From NCBI GenBank assembly GCA_937139365.1, contig CAKZPT010000011.1, positions 8,118 through 72,117 of the forward strand: 64,000 bases of DNA, in the 5' to 3' direction. The DNA is from an uncultured bacterium. Lineage in GTDB: Bacteria > Verrucomicrobiota > Kiritimatiellia > PWTM01. A model generated the notes under the pieces. That model was not told where the DNA came from. It searched no databases and saw only the letters and a list, made by a program, of their open reading frames with translations. Of this stretch, positions 40,558 through 53,221 are shown in pieces. The stretch's first letter is position 1. Each line of letters starts with the position of its first letter. The position numbers were made by a program, and so were the translations under genes.

Positions 40558-41903
40558 GTCGGCGATGGATTTCCGCTGGCTCGTCGCCGGGTCCTCCGCG
40601 CGTCCCATTCCGCCAGCCGTCGGCGGATCGTTTCCTCGTAGCCCTGATCCGTGGGGCGGTAATAACGGCCGTCGGTGGGCGCGTACAACTGGTCGTTGAA
40701 ATGGCCGGGCTCGTCGTGGGGATAGCGGTAGCCGGTGTGCCCGAGGGCGGCGGCGCCGGGGTAGTGCGCGTCGCGCAGATGAGGCGGCACCGGCAGCGTC
40801 GGTTGGCGGCGGACGTCGTCCGTCGCCTCGTCAATCGCGACGATGGCGGCGTTGCTCTTCGGCGCGGTGGCGAGGTAGGCGGTCGTCTGCGCCAGCACGA
40901 TGCGCGCTTCCGGCATGCCGATCAGGTCGCAGGCCTGCGCGGCCGCCACCGCCAGGGTCAATCCGCGCGGATCGGCGTTGCCGATGTCCTCGGCCGCCAG
41001 GATGACCAGGCGTCGGGCGATGAACCGTGGGTCCTCGCCCGCGTACAGCATTTTCGCCAGCCAGTAGATCGCCGCGTGGGGGTCGGAGCCGCGGACGCTC
41101 TTGATGAAGGCGGAGATGGTGTCGTAGTGGGCGTCCTCGTCGGCGTCGTAGAGGATGGCCTTTTTCTGGATCGAGTCCTCGGCGGCGGCGCGGTCCACCC
41201 GGATGCGCCCGTCGGGGCCGGGTGGCGTCGTCAGCGCGGCCAGCTCGAGCGCATTGAGGGCCCGGCGCGCGTCGCCCTCGGCGTGGTGGGCGAGGTGTTC
41301 GATGGCCTCGGCGTCCACCTCCAGCGGTCGGTCGCCCAGACCGGCCGGGTCGCGCAAGGCCCGCCGGAGGAGCTCCGCGATCGTCGGCGGGTCGAGCGGG
41401 CGGAGCTCAAACAACTGAGACCTCGACAGCAGCGGGCCGTTGACGAAGAAACAGGGGTTGTGGGTGGTGGCACCGATCAGCGTGACGCTGCCGTCCTCCA
41501 CGTAGGGCAGTAGGACGTCCTGCTGGGCCTTGTTGAAGCGGTGGATTTCGTCGACGAACAGGATCGTGCGCTCGCCGCGCTGGCGGCGCAGCCGGGCGGC
41601 CTCAAGCAGTTCGCGCAACTGCGCCACGTTGTTCAGCACACCGCTGGCGCGGACGAACTCTCGGCGCGTGGCGCGGGCGATGACTTCCGCCAGCGACGTC
41701 TTGCCGCAGCCGGGCGGGCCGTAGAGCAGCACGCTGCCCAAGCGGTCGGCCTCGATCGCGCGGCGAAGGAGGCGGCCGGGACCGAGGAGGTGGTCCTGTC
41801 CCAATAGGTCGTCCAGCCGCTTCGGGCGCATTCGCACCGCCAGCGGGGCATCGGACCCCGCCATCCGAGCCGCGGGGTCGCCGCCGCCAAACAAATCCGA
41901 CAT
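40554..41903 (-). CDS. rarA: Replication-associated recombination protein A (AAA+ ATPase)
   Basis: LYGPPGCGKTS, LFVDEIHRFNKAQQD, IGATTHNP, and the MgsA C-terminal domain (YDTISAFIKSVRGSDPHAAIYWLAKM). Confidence 0.9.
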   Translation of the reverse strand: MSDLFGGGDPAARMAGSDAPLAVRMRPKRLDDLLGQDHLLGPGRLLRRAIEADRLGSVLLYGPPGCGKTSLAEVIARATRREFVRASGVLNNVAQLRELLEAARLRRQRGERTILFVDEIHRFNKAQQDVLLPYVEDGSVTLIGATTHNPCFFVNGPLLSRSQLFELRPLDPPTIAELLRRALRDPAGLGDRPLEVDAEAIEHLAHHAEGDARRALNALELAALTTPPGPDGRIRVDRAAAEDSIQKKAILYDADEDAHYDTISAFIKSVRGSDPHAAIYWLAKMLYAGEDPRFIARRLVILAAEDIGNADPRGLTLAVAAAQACDLIGMPEARIVLAQTTAYLATAPKSNAAIVAIDEATDDVRRQPTLPVPPHLRDAHYPGAAALGHTGYRYPHDEPGHFNDQLYAPTDGRYYRPTDQGYEETIRRRLAEWDARRTRRRASGNPSPT

Positions 41904-41914
41904 GCTGTCTCCGA

Positions 41915-41946
41915 AAAAAAGTACCCCGCCGTTGCCGTAGGGGTTG
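41915..41946 (-). terminator. Candidate intrinsic terminator (weak stem followed by T7) about 12 nt upstream of the rarA start
   Basis: The minus strand reads ACCCC-TACGGCAACGGC-GGGGT-AC-TTTTTTT, followed by CGGAGACAGCATG (RBS and rarA ATG). The stem is only about 5 bp. Confidence 0.3.
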
Positions 41947-42123
41947 TGCCTCTGAACCTCGTCGTGCGAGGTGGGTGCGTCGCCGGCCGGGTTCCTCGTG
42001 CCCCGAGGGGCGGAGGGCGCCGGGCGGTCTCGGCTCCCGTATCAGTTGATTACTGGGTCAGAGCGCGAAACCCGTTCGCGAACAAGGCAGGGTACAGGCT
42101 CGCTCCCCGGGACAGGCCCGGGG

Positions 42124-42164
42124 TCAAAACTGGAAAAGAACGCGGGCGAACCCTCGTTCGCCCC
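42124..42164 (-). terminator. Candidate intrinsic terminator downstream of pheT
   Basis: The minus strand reads GGGCGAAC-GAGG-GTTCGCCC (a perfect 8-bp stem) followed by GCGTTCTTTTCCAGTTTTG. Confidence 0.5.
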
Positions 42165-42350
42165 CCGGCGGCCGCCCGCCGCCGACGCGCGGCGGCGATC
42201 CCGCCTCCGGCGCCATCCGGACGGCGTCCGCCAAGTCAGGCGGAACGCCTGCGGGATGGGCCGGCGCGCGCGGCGCCGCCAGCGGAATGCACACCCACGT
42301 TTCAATCCATGTCGCCACGAACATGGAGCTTGTCCTCTGCCTCGTCCAAA

Positions 42351-44786
42351 TCACCCGTTCGGTCCGCCAGCCGGATCCGCCCGCAACACCGCCCCGAGTT
42401 CCCGCATCACGGCCTCGGCGATCCGCTGCTGGGCGCGCTGGATCTCGTCGTCCGTGATCGTACGGCCGGCGCCGCGATAGGTCAAGGAGTAGGCCATGCT
42501 CTTTCGGCCGGCCGGGATGCCCCGGCCCTCGTACACATCGAATAGCGCGACGCGCTCCAGTTCCGGCGATGCCACCCGGAGGATGACCTCCAGAACCTGT
42601 TCGTTGCGCACGGCCCGGTCCATGATAAAGGCCAGGTCGCGCACGGCGCAGGGATGTGACGGCGGAAGCGGCGGCGTCGGCGCGATGCCCCAACCGGCGG
42701 TCAGGGGTTCTAGGTCGAACTCCGCCAGCGCCACCGGCTCGTGGATGCGCCACTCGGCCGCCAGGTCGCGGCGCAGAATGCCCGCACGCCCCGCCGGCGC
42801 ACCGGCCAGGCGGATCTCCAGCGCATGCCCGGGTTCGAAGGCCCGCGCGTCGGCCGGCACGAACTCCGGCGCCGGCGCGCGCACCGCGGCGGCGGCGGCC
42901 TCGAGAAGCCCCCGCAGCCAGCTGAAACTCTCCTCCGGCGTCGGTGGCGGGCGACGCGCAAGGGGGCCTCGGCCCGCCGATCCCATCAACCCGACCGCCA
43001 CCCGCTCGACCTCCGCCGATCCGCCGTCCGGGGTCGCCCGGAACACCCGACCGAACTCCACCAGCGCGGCGTCGTCCACCTGCCGGGCCCGGTTGCGGCC
43101 CAATGTTTCCACCATCTGCGGCAGCAGCGACGTGCGCAACACCGCCTGTTCGACGCTGATCGGATTGGGCAGGCGGATGCGATCGGCGGGGGAATCGAAT
43201 CCGAAAAGGTCGAGAAGGCGCCCGGAGGTCAGGCTGTAATTCATCACCTCGATCAACCCCAGCGCGCAAAAGACCTCCCGCACGCGCTCCGCGGCCCGGT
43301 AGCGGACGTCGTCGACCCCGGGGACGATCCGGGCCGACGGCACCGCCGCCGGCACCCGATCGAGGCCGTGGATGCGCGCAAACTCCTCGACGAGGTCGAT
43401 CTCCCCCTCTAAGTCGGCCCGCCGCGTGGGCACGGTGACGTTCAGCCGGTCCGGATCCGACGTCTCCGAGACCTCCAGGCCGAGGGCGCGCAGGACATCG
43501 GCGACCTCTCCGGCCGGGGCGTTCAGCCCCGTGCGGTCGCGGACGGCCGAGGGGCGACACACAATCCGGCGTGGCCGCGCCGGCGTGGGGTATAGGTCCA
43601 CGGCCCCCGGCGCGATAGCGCCGCCCGCCAGCGCCACAAGGAGCGAAGCAGCCCGGCGGCTGGCGACCTCGGCCAGCTCCGGGTCCACTCCGCGCGCAAA
43701 CCGATGCGATGACTCGGTGCTCAGGCCCAGCCTCCTTGCGGCAGCCCGGATCGCCGGCGGATGAAAACAGGCGCTCTCCAGCAGGATGTCGCTCGTCGGA
43801 TCCGATACCTCGCTGCCCTCGCCGCCCATGACGCCGGCCACGGCCACCGGGCGGACCGCGTCGGCGATCACAAGGATGGACGGATCCAACTCGCGGTCGA
43901 CCCCATCCAGCGTTCGAATGAGCTCGCCCTCGGCGGCTCGGCGGACGCGAATCTCCGGCCCGGCGAGCCGCGCCAGATCGAACGCATGCAGCGGCTGGCC
44001 CATTTCGAGAAGGACGTAGTTCGTCACGTCTACGACGTTGCAAATCGGCCGGAGGCCCGCTCGCGAGAGACGGATCTGCATCCAGCGGGGCGACGGGGCG
44101 ATGCGGACGCCGCGGATGAGCCGGGCCGTGTACCGCGGGCAGAGGTCGGGCGCCTCGACCGTCACCCGCACCGCCTCGGCCACGGACGGCGGTCCGCCGG
44201 CCGCGGGCAGATCCAGGGGAAGGGGCTTCAGCGGCCGCCGCCGGATCGCGGCCAGCTCTCGGGCGATGCCGAGTAGGCTGAGGCAGTCGGGTCGGTTCGG
44301 CGTGATCTCGAGGTCGAGCACGATGTCGGGCCCGCCGAGGATCGCGCGCAACGGCGCGCCGGGGGTAGCGTCCTCCGGTAGCTCGAGCAGACCGGAGTGA
44401 TCGGAGGACAGGCCCAACTCGTCCTCGGCACACAGCATGCCTGCCGACTCGACGCCACGGATACGGGTCGGCCGCACCGTCATTCCGTTGGGCAGGGTGC
44501 AGTCGGGCAGGGCCAGCGGATAGCATCCGCCAGGGCGCACGTTGGGCGCGCCGCACACCACCGCGCGTTCCGAGGTCCCGTCCCACACCCGGCAGACCGT
44601 CAGGCGGTCGGCGTTCGGATGGCGTTCGACCGCCCTCACTTTGCCGACGACGACGCCCTCGAAGTTCGAGCCGACGCGCTCGAGACCCTCGACCTCGATC
44701 CCGGCGAAGGTCAGTTGTTCCGCAACGGTCTCCGGCGGGCCGTCCAACTCCACCAGTTCCCCAAGCCATTCCAGGGGGACGCGCAT
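42351..44786 (-). CDS. pheT: Phenylalanine--tRNA ligase beta subunit
   Basis: MRVPLEWLGELV..., tRNA-binding OB domain (VVVGKV...HPNADRL.VC.V), B3/4, B5 and C-terminal FDX-ACB domains. It is uninterrupted. Confidence 0.9.
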   Translation of the reverse strand: MRVPLEWLGELVELDGPPETVAEQLTFAGIEVEGLERVGSNFEGVVVGKVRAVERHPNADRLTVCRVWDGTSERAVVCGAPNVRPGGCYPLALPDCTLPNGMTVRPTRIRGVESAGMLCAEDELGLSSDHSGLLELPEDATPGAPLRAILGGPDIVLDLEITPNRPDCLSLLGIARELAAIRRRPLKPLPLDLPAAGGPPSVAEAVRVTVEAPDLCPRYTARLIRGVRIAPSPRWMQIRLSRAGLRPICNVVDVTNYVLLEMGQPLHAFDLARLAGPEIRVRRAAEGELIRTLDGVDRELDPSILVIADAVRPVAVAGVMGGEGSEVSDPTSDILLESACFHPPAIRAAARRLGLSTESSHRFARGVDPELAEVASRRAASLLVALAGGAIAPGAVDLYPTPARPRRIVCRPSAVRDRTGLNAPAGEVADVLRALGLEVSETSDPDRLNVTVPTRRADLEGEIDLVEEFARIHGLDRVPAAVPSARIVPGVDDVRYRAAERVREVFCALGLIEVMNYSLTSGRLLDLFGFDSPADRIRLPNPISVEQAVLRTSLLPQMVETLGRNRARQVDDAALVEFGRVFRATPDGGSAEVERVAVGLMGSAGRGPLARRPPPTPEESFSWLRGLLEAAAAAVRAPAPEFVPADARAFEPGHALEIRLAGAPAGRAGILRRDLAAEWRIHEPVALAEFDLEPLTAGWGIAPTPPLPPSHPCAVRDLAFIMDRAVRNEQVLEVILRVASPELERVALFDVYEGRGIPAGRKSMAYSLTYRGAGRTITDDEIQRAQQRIAEAVMRELGAVLRADPAGGPNG

Positions 44787-44948
44787 GTACGCTCCTCCGC
44801 GGCGGCCTGTGGCCGCGCGAAAAGGCGACATTGCATGCCGTATGCCGGGCTGTCAAACCGGCCTGCGGCGGGCCCATGTGGGCCGCAGGCGGGGGTGGGA
44901 GGGCTTGTGGCGGAGGCGGTGGCGGCGTAATGTGATCGGGGGCCGGCC

Positions 44949-45641
44949 ATGAGGATCGTCGCGCATCGGGGTTGTTCGGCGGTCGCTCCGGAAAACACGC
45001 TGGCGGCGATCCGCCGGGCCGTCGAGGCGGGTGCGGACGGCATCGAGGTGGACGTCCGGCTCACGCGCGACGGCGCAGTCGTGTTGCTGCACGATCCGGA
45101 CCTCCTGCGCACCGCCGGCGATCCCCGTCCCGTCGCCCGCTGCACGTTGCTGGATCTGGCCGCGCTAGATGTGGGCCGGTGGTTCGGTCCCGACTTTGCG
45201 GGGGAACCGATTCCGACCCTCGATGCGGCGATCGCAGCGGCGAACGGGGTGCCGATGGACATCGAATTGAAGGCGGAGGTCGCCGGGATACGCCTGGCCG
45301 ACCGGGTGCTCGAGGTCCTGAGGACGGCGGGGGCGCTGGACCGGTGCTGGATCACGTCGTCCGATCTCGGCGTTCTCACCCACGTGGCGGTGTCGGACCC
45401 CTCGGTGCGGACGGGCTGGGTCGTGGACGGGCCCCTGCCGGTGGAGCTGCCAACGAGACTTCGTTGCGTGTGCGTGGCGGAGTGGTTGGTGGATGCGGAC
45501 CTGCCGGGCCGCGCCGCCGCGGCGGGCCTGGAGGTCTGGGCGTGGACGGTCAACGATGCCGCGCGGGCCCGCGAGCTTCGCGAGATGGGCGTGGCGGCGG
45601 TGATCACGGACGATCCGGAACGGCTGCGCCACGGTCTGTAA
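44949..45641 (+). CDS. Glycerophosphodiester phosphodiesterase family protein
   Basis: IVAHRGCSAVAPENTLAAIRRAVEAGADGIEVDVRLTRDGAVVLLHD has the GDPD catalytic His/Glu/Asp contexts. Confidence 0.85.
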   Translation: MRIVAHRGCSAVAPENTLAAIRRAVEAGADGIEVDVRLTRDGAVVLLHDPDLLRTAGDPRPVARCTLLDLAALDVGRWFGPDFAGEPIPTLDAAIAAANGVPMDIELKAEVAGIRLADRVLEVLRTAGALDRCWITSSDLGVLTHVAVSDPSVRTGWVVDGPLPVELPTRLRCVCVAEWLVDADLPGRAAAAGLEVWAWTVNDAARARELREMGVAAVITDDPERLRHGL

Positions 45642-45727
45642 CTAGGGTAGGGAGATGTCACGAGGTGGCCGGCGCGGCGTCGTGGGGACGGGGCCGCGGG
45701 GGCGGCCGGGCTTGAGGGTGCGGGGGT

Positions 45728-45775
45728 TTCCAATAGTTGGAAGCCCGGCGCGGTGCAGCTTCCAAAGGTTGGAAG
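45728..45775. promoter_or_regulatory. Two copies of the palindromic motif TTCCAA-N3-TTGGAA(GCC), 31 bp apart; candidate operator pair
   Basis: TTCCAATAGTTGGAAGCC lies at 45728-45745 and CTTCCAAAGGTTGGAAGCC at 45759-45777. Both sit in the 190-bp gap upstream of the 45833 CDS and are locally AT-rich in a roughly 70% GC context. Confidence 0.4.
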
Positions 45776-45832
45776 CCTAGGGGCAAGGAGGGTTTGGCAA
45801 GGCTTCGATGCGTCGGTAGACTGGGGCGCGAG

Positions 45833-46678
45833 ATGGGCATGAAAGCTGGGTTTCGGGCAGTGGCGGCGGTGTGGATGGCGGGGGCCGCGGCCGCCTCCGC
45901 GGTGCCGGTCATCGAGCACACGCCGGTGACCGTCGGCGTGCGTGGCCAGCCGCTGATGATCCGGGCGAAGGTGGATGGGCGTGGCCGCACGGTGAAGGCG
46001 GTGGCCGTTCACTACAGCACGTCGCGTGACGCGGCGCCGTTCACGGTGGCGATGCAGTCTAGCGGCGCGGGCGCCTGGGTGGGGACCATTCCGGGCGGCG
46101 TGTTGGCGGCGCTGAAACAGGTCAGCTACTACGTTTCGGCCGAAGACGACCGGGGGGCGACGGCGGAGACGCCGTGGTATGTGGTGAAGCTTCAGGACCC
46201 GTCGGCGGCGGAGGCTGGGTATGGCCGGCCGGGATGGGTCAAGCCGGCGCTGATCGGCGGCGGGGCGGCGTTGGTGGCGGGCGGGGTGGCGCTCGCCGTC
46301 GCCGCCGGCGGGGATGACGATGACGGGGGCGGGGGGATGCCGCCCGGCGCGCCGGGGACCTACGCCGGAAGCGTGACGCGTTGCCAGGCGCTGCCCGGGG
46401 CCGCGCCGTCGTGCGGAACCCATTCCGCGACCATCCAGATTGCCGCGGACGGCGTCGTGAGCAGCGCCGATCTGCACCCCGCAACGACGATGCAGGGCCG
46501 GATGTCGGGGACGAGCTTTGTCCTGTCGGTGCCGGTGCAGATGCCAGGCGAGGACGGCGAGGTGCGTTACATCGGCACGCTCGTCGGGACCCGGATCGTC
46601 GGCACCGTCGAAGGGTCTGCCGGGACCGGCACCAACACGGTAATCTACACCGGCACCTTCACTGCGACGAAGCGGTGA
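45833..46678 (+). CDS. Hypothetical exported/membrane protein
   Basis: Signal peptide (AVAAVWMAGAAAASA), an Ig-like-looking N-terminal region, a central TM segment (ALIGGGAALVAGGVALAVAA), a poly-Asp/Gly linker and a beta-rich C-terminus. I recognise no family. Confidence 0.5.
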   Translation: MGMKAGFRAVAAVWMAGAAAASAVPVIEHTPVTVGVRGQPLMIRAKVDGRGRTVKAVAVHYSTSRDAAPFTVAMQSSGAGAWVGTIPGGVLAALKQVSYYVSAEDDRGATAETPWYVVKLQDPSAAEAGYGRPGWVKPALIGGGAALVAGGVALAVAAGGDDDDGGGGMPPGAPGTYAGSVTRCQALPGAAPSCGTHSATIQIAADGVVSSADLHPATTMQGRMSGTSFVLSVPVQMPGEDGEVRYIGTLVGTRIVGTVEGSAGTGTNTVIYTGTFTATKR

Positions 46679-46732
46679 CCCGACCTGCGTCGGCGCCAGC
46701 GGGGAGGCGGCCCCGCGGCCCCAAACCGCATC

Positions 46733-49584
<2,852 letters not shown>

Positions 49585-49588
<4 letters not shown>

Positions 49589-52119
49589 ACACCGCTCGGG
49601 TCCTTCACGTTCGGTGCTGCGTGGCAGCGGCCACGCTGACGGCCGTCGTGCGGGCGGGGGCGGAGGAGTGGTCGGCCCTGGCCGCGCGCGCCAGGGAGGC
49701 TGCGCGCGACGGCCTGCACGACGTGGCGGAGCGGTGGTGGGCGCAAGCATGGACCAACGCGCCGACTCCGGCCGACCGCCGCGATTGCGCCGCCGGCCTG
49801 GCGGCGGCACGGCTGGCCGCCGGCCGCGCCCGCGAAGCGTTGGACCGCCTGGACGCCGAAACCCCGCCCGGCGAGGCCGGCTCGGCGGTGATCCTGTTCT
49901 GGCGGGCGACGGCCGAGCGCGCCCTCGGCAACCTCGAAGGCGCCCTGGAATCGCTGTCGCGAATCCCCGCCGACGGCCTGACCCCACAGGTCAGGGAGCG
50001 CGCCGGACGACTTCTGGCGGACCTGCTGTGGGCCGTCACCAGGACCGACGAGGCCATCGCCGCCTTGGCGGGGCTGGTCCGCGAAGCGCCGGACGAGGCC
50101 GCGGCGGTGCGCCATGGCCTTGTCTTGGCTCGGCGGTGGGTGGAGGCGGGCGAGCGCGGGCAGGCGGTCGAGCTGTTGCAGGGACTGTTGCGCCGCGCTA
50201 CCGCCGGACCGGAGGTCGTGGCGATCCGGCTGCAACTTGCGCACCTGAACTTAGAGGTCGGCCGGCTGGAAGAGGCGGTGGAACTTGCCCGTCCCCTGGC
50301 CGAAAACGTGGAGCTGCTCGGCACGGCGCGGGCCCGGGCGTGGACGGTCCTTGCTCAGGCGGAGGAAAAACGCGGCAACCGGGTGGCCGCCGCGGATGCC
50401 TGGGAGGCGGCGGTGAAGCATGGCGCGGGAACGCCGGAGGAGGCGGATGCGTTATTCGGCCGGGCGGCGTTCCGAATCCGGACCGGGGACCACGATCTTG
50501 CCCGCGAGCTCCTCCAGGACGCGTTGCGGCGCCATCCGCGGCATTCGGCAGGCGTCGAGCTGGAGATGGACCTCGCCGAGCGGCTCCTGGAGGCCCGGCG
50601 GTACGAGGCGGCGCTGGCGGCTTATCAAACCTACCTGGAGACCGCGGCGGACCCGCTGCGGCGGGCCGAGGCGTTGATGGGGAAGGGATGGTGTCTGCTG
50701 GAGCTGGACCGTCCGGCCGAAGCCGTGCCGGTGTTCGATCGTGCGGCCGATCTATTTCGCGATCCCATGCGTCGTCGAACGGCGGCGATCAAAGCGGCGG
50801 ACGCGTTGACCGCCGCCGGCCGGCATGCGGAGGCTTTGGCCCGCTATCGGGCGTTGATTCGCGCTCAGGAAGGGGGGACGCCGGATCCCGCTCTTCGGCT
50901 GATGATGGCCGAATGCCTTGTGCAGCTTGGCCAGGTGCTGGACGCGCTGCAGGAACTGCGCTCCATTGAGTCCGCGGCCGGAGACCGGTTCTCTGTCCTC
51001 GCCGCCCTTCGCCGCGCGCGTTTGCACGAACAGTTGGGTGAGCGGGAGGCAGCCCTCGCGGCCTACGAAGCGGTGATTCGACGCGAGGGTGGCGGCGGCG
51101 TCGCCCGTACGGCCCATCTCTCGCGCGGCTTGCTCCGGTACCGGCTGGCCGAACCCGAATCGGCACTCGAGGATTTCGATGCCGTGCTGCGTGGAGGGGA
51201 GGCCGACGCGGCCAGCGACCACGCCGCCTATATGCGCGTCTGGTGCCTCTATCTCCTTGGCCGCGAAGAGGAGGCAGTGGCGGCCTGCACGGCGTTTCTT
51301 GCGGCGCGACCAACCTCGCCACGCGCCCCGGACGCGCAGTACTGGCTCGCCGAACGGGCCTGGCACCGCGGCGATGCAACGGCCGCCGAGCGGGAGTTCC
51401 TGTTGCTGGCCGACCGTTGGTCGGAATCGCCGCTGGCCTCCGCGGCGCTGTTCGCCGCCGGCCGGGCCGCCGCGGCATCGGCGAATTATCTCCGCGCGGT
51501 CGAACACTACAACCGACTGCTGTCCGTCCGTTCCGGGGGCCCCCTGACCAACGAGGCGCGGTTCGCACAAGGCGATGCCCTCGCCGAGCTGGGGCGTTTC
51601 GATGCCGCGCTGCTCTCGTTCGAGGAAGTGATCCGCGCCGCGCCCGATTCGCTCCTGGGTCTGCTGGCGAGGGGACGCAAAGGCGATTGCCACTTCACCC
51701 TCGCGGCGCGCGAGCCGGCGCGGTACGACGAGGCGGCCGCCTGTTACCAGGCCGTGGCGGACCATCCGAGCGCGCCGGCCGATGTACGTCTCCAGGCCCT
51801 CTACAAGGCGGCCCGATGCCACGAGATGCTCGGGCGCAAGGTCGAGGCGCTGGAACGGTACCTGGACGCCGCCTACCGGCACATTGAAGAGCGCCGCGCC
51901 GGGCGGCCCGGCGCCCCGCTCTGGTTTGCGCGGGCGGCGTTTGCCGCCGCCATCCTGCTCGAACGCGGCGAGCGATGGGGCGAGGCCGCCCGCCTGTATC
52001 GCCGCGTGATGGAGGATGGCGGTGCGGCGGCGGTGGACGCCCAGGCCCATCTGAAGCGGCTGGAGGAGACGCGGGGTGAGGCCGTGCGCGAGACGGCGAC
52101 GGGAAGCTGGGCGTCATGA
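49585..52119 (+). CDS. TPR-repeat exported protein (844 aa)
   Basis: Signal peptide (CCVAAATLTAVVRAGA) followed by about 20 Ala/Leu/Arg-rich TPR-like repeats. The ATG overlaps the uvrA stop (ATGA at 49585-49588). Confidence 0.75.
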
Positions 52120-52754
52120 TGACGTGGTTGCGCGAAGGCGGACCGGCCGCCTGGTCGATCATTGCCGTGGGCGCGGCGGCCACCGGCGTGTTCATCGAGC
52201 GGTGGCTGTTTCTGCGTCGGGCGCGGGTGCCGATCGACGACTTCCTCCAGGGCATCTTCAACGTCGTTCGCCGGCGCAACCTGCTGGAGGGGATCGCCCT
52301 GTGCGACGAAACGCCCGGTCCCGTGGCTCGCCTGGTGCGGGCTGCCCTGCTGAAGGCCGGCGAAGGCGGCGCCGCCGCGCGGGCCGCCATGATCGAATCC
52401 GGTTCCGCCGAGCTGCCGGGTCTGGAACAGCGGGTGGATTCCCTCGCCGGCATGGCCCGGCTGGCGTCGGTCCTCGGGATGCTCGGCTCGGTTCTCGGCT
52501 TGATGCAATCCCTCGACGCACTCCACCGCCGCGCGCCGCTTGTGCACGCGGGCGATCTCGCACGTGGACTTTGGTCCGCGTTGATGTGCGCGGCGCTGGG
52601 CCTAGCCGTGGCCGCGATGGCGTGGGCGGGCCGGCAAGTGCTGGTCGGCATGGTCGAGGCGCTGGTCGTGGACATGGAAGAGGCGTTGGGCCGGGTGACC
52701 GAGGAGCTGGACCGCGAAGACGCGCGCCGCGCGCGTCGGGACGGCGCACCGTGA
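52116..52754 (+). CDS. exbB: MotA/TolQ/ExbB proton-channel family protein
   Basis: Three TM segments. The conserved C-terminal core is LAGMARLASVLGMLGSVLGLM...ALMCAALGLAVA. Confidence 0.8.
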   Translation: MMTWLREGGPAAWSIIAVGAAATGVFIERWLFLRRARVPIDDFLQGIFNVVRRRNLLEGIALCDETPGPVARLVRAALLKAGEGGAAARAAMIESGSAELPGLEQRVDSLAGMARLASVLGMLGSVLGLMQSLDALHRRAPLVHAGDLARGLWSALMCAALGLAVAAMAWAGRQVLVGMVEALVVDMEEALGRVTEELDREDARRARRDGAP

Positions 52755-53221
52755 ATCCGCCCCTTTCCACGGCGCCGGGGAGGGGGTCCTTCCGGCGGAC
52801 GTTTCAAACGCGCCTCCGTCGGACCTGGCCGCCGGTTGACGCCGCCGCGCTGGGCGCATGGCTGCTGGCGGGATTCGCTTTTTATCTGCTCAGCGGACCC
52901 TTCGTGCTTCATCCGGCCGTGCCGGTGGAATTGCCGGAGGCCAGGTTCGACGGCGGCGTAACCTCGGACGCCCTCTACGTCGTCGTCTCACGACAGGGCG
53001 CCGTCTTTCTTCGCGATCGGCCGGTCTCGATGGACGAGCTTCGTGCCGAATTTGTGCGGGCGGTCGCGGCGCGGTCGGACGTTCACCTGTTGATCGCGGC
53101 CGACCGCAACGTTGCGCATGGCGTCGCAACGGACATCCTCGACCTCGCGGCGGAGTGCGGAATCCGCCGTGCCGCCCTCGCCACCCGTCCGTCGTCCGCG
53201 CCAACGCCTACGGTTCCGTGA
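52751..53221 (+). CDS. exbD: ExbD/TolR biopolymer transport protein
   Basis: A single TM segment, then the periplasmic domain (LYVVVSRQGAVFLRDRPVSMDELRAEF...VHLLIAADRNVAHGVATDILDLAAECG). GTGA overlap with exbB. Confidence 0.8.
   Translation: MNPPLSTAPGRGSFRRTFQTRLRRTWPPVDAAALGAWLLAGFAFYLLSGPFVLHPAVPVELPEARFDGGVTSDALYVVVSRQGAVFLRDRPVSMDELRAEFVRAVAARSDVHLLIAADRNVAHGVATDILDLAAECGIRRAALATRPSSAPTPTVP

Noticed and set aside
42050-42100. SRP-RNA-like strings GGUCAG...AAGGCAG on the plus strand
   Set aside because: It lacks the GGAA tetraloop and the AGCA symmetric-loop consensus of SRP helix 8. The intervening helix (CGCGAA/TTCGCG) has a 5-nt non-GNRA loop. I treat it only as part of an unassigned structured region.
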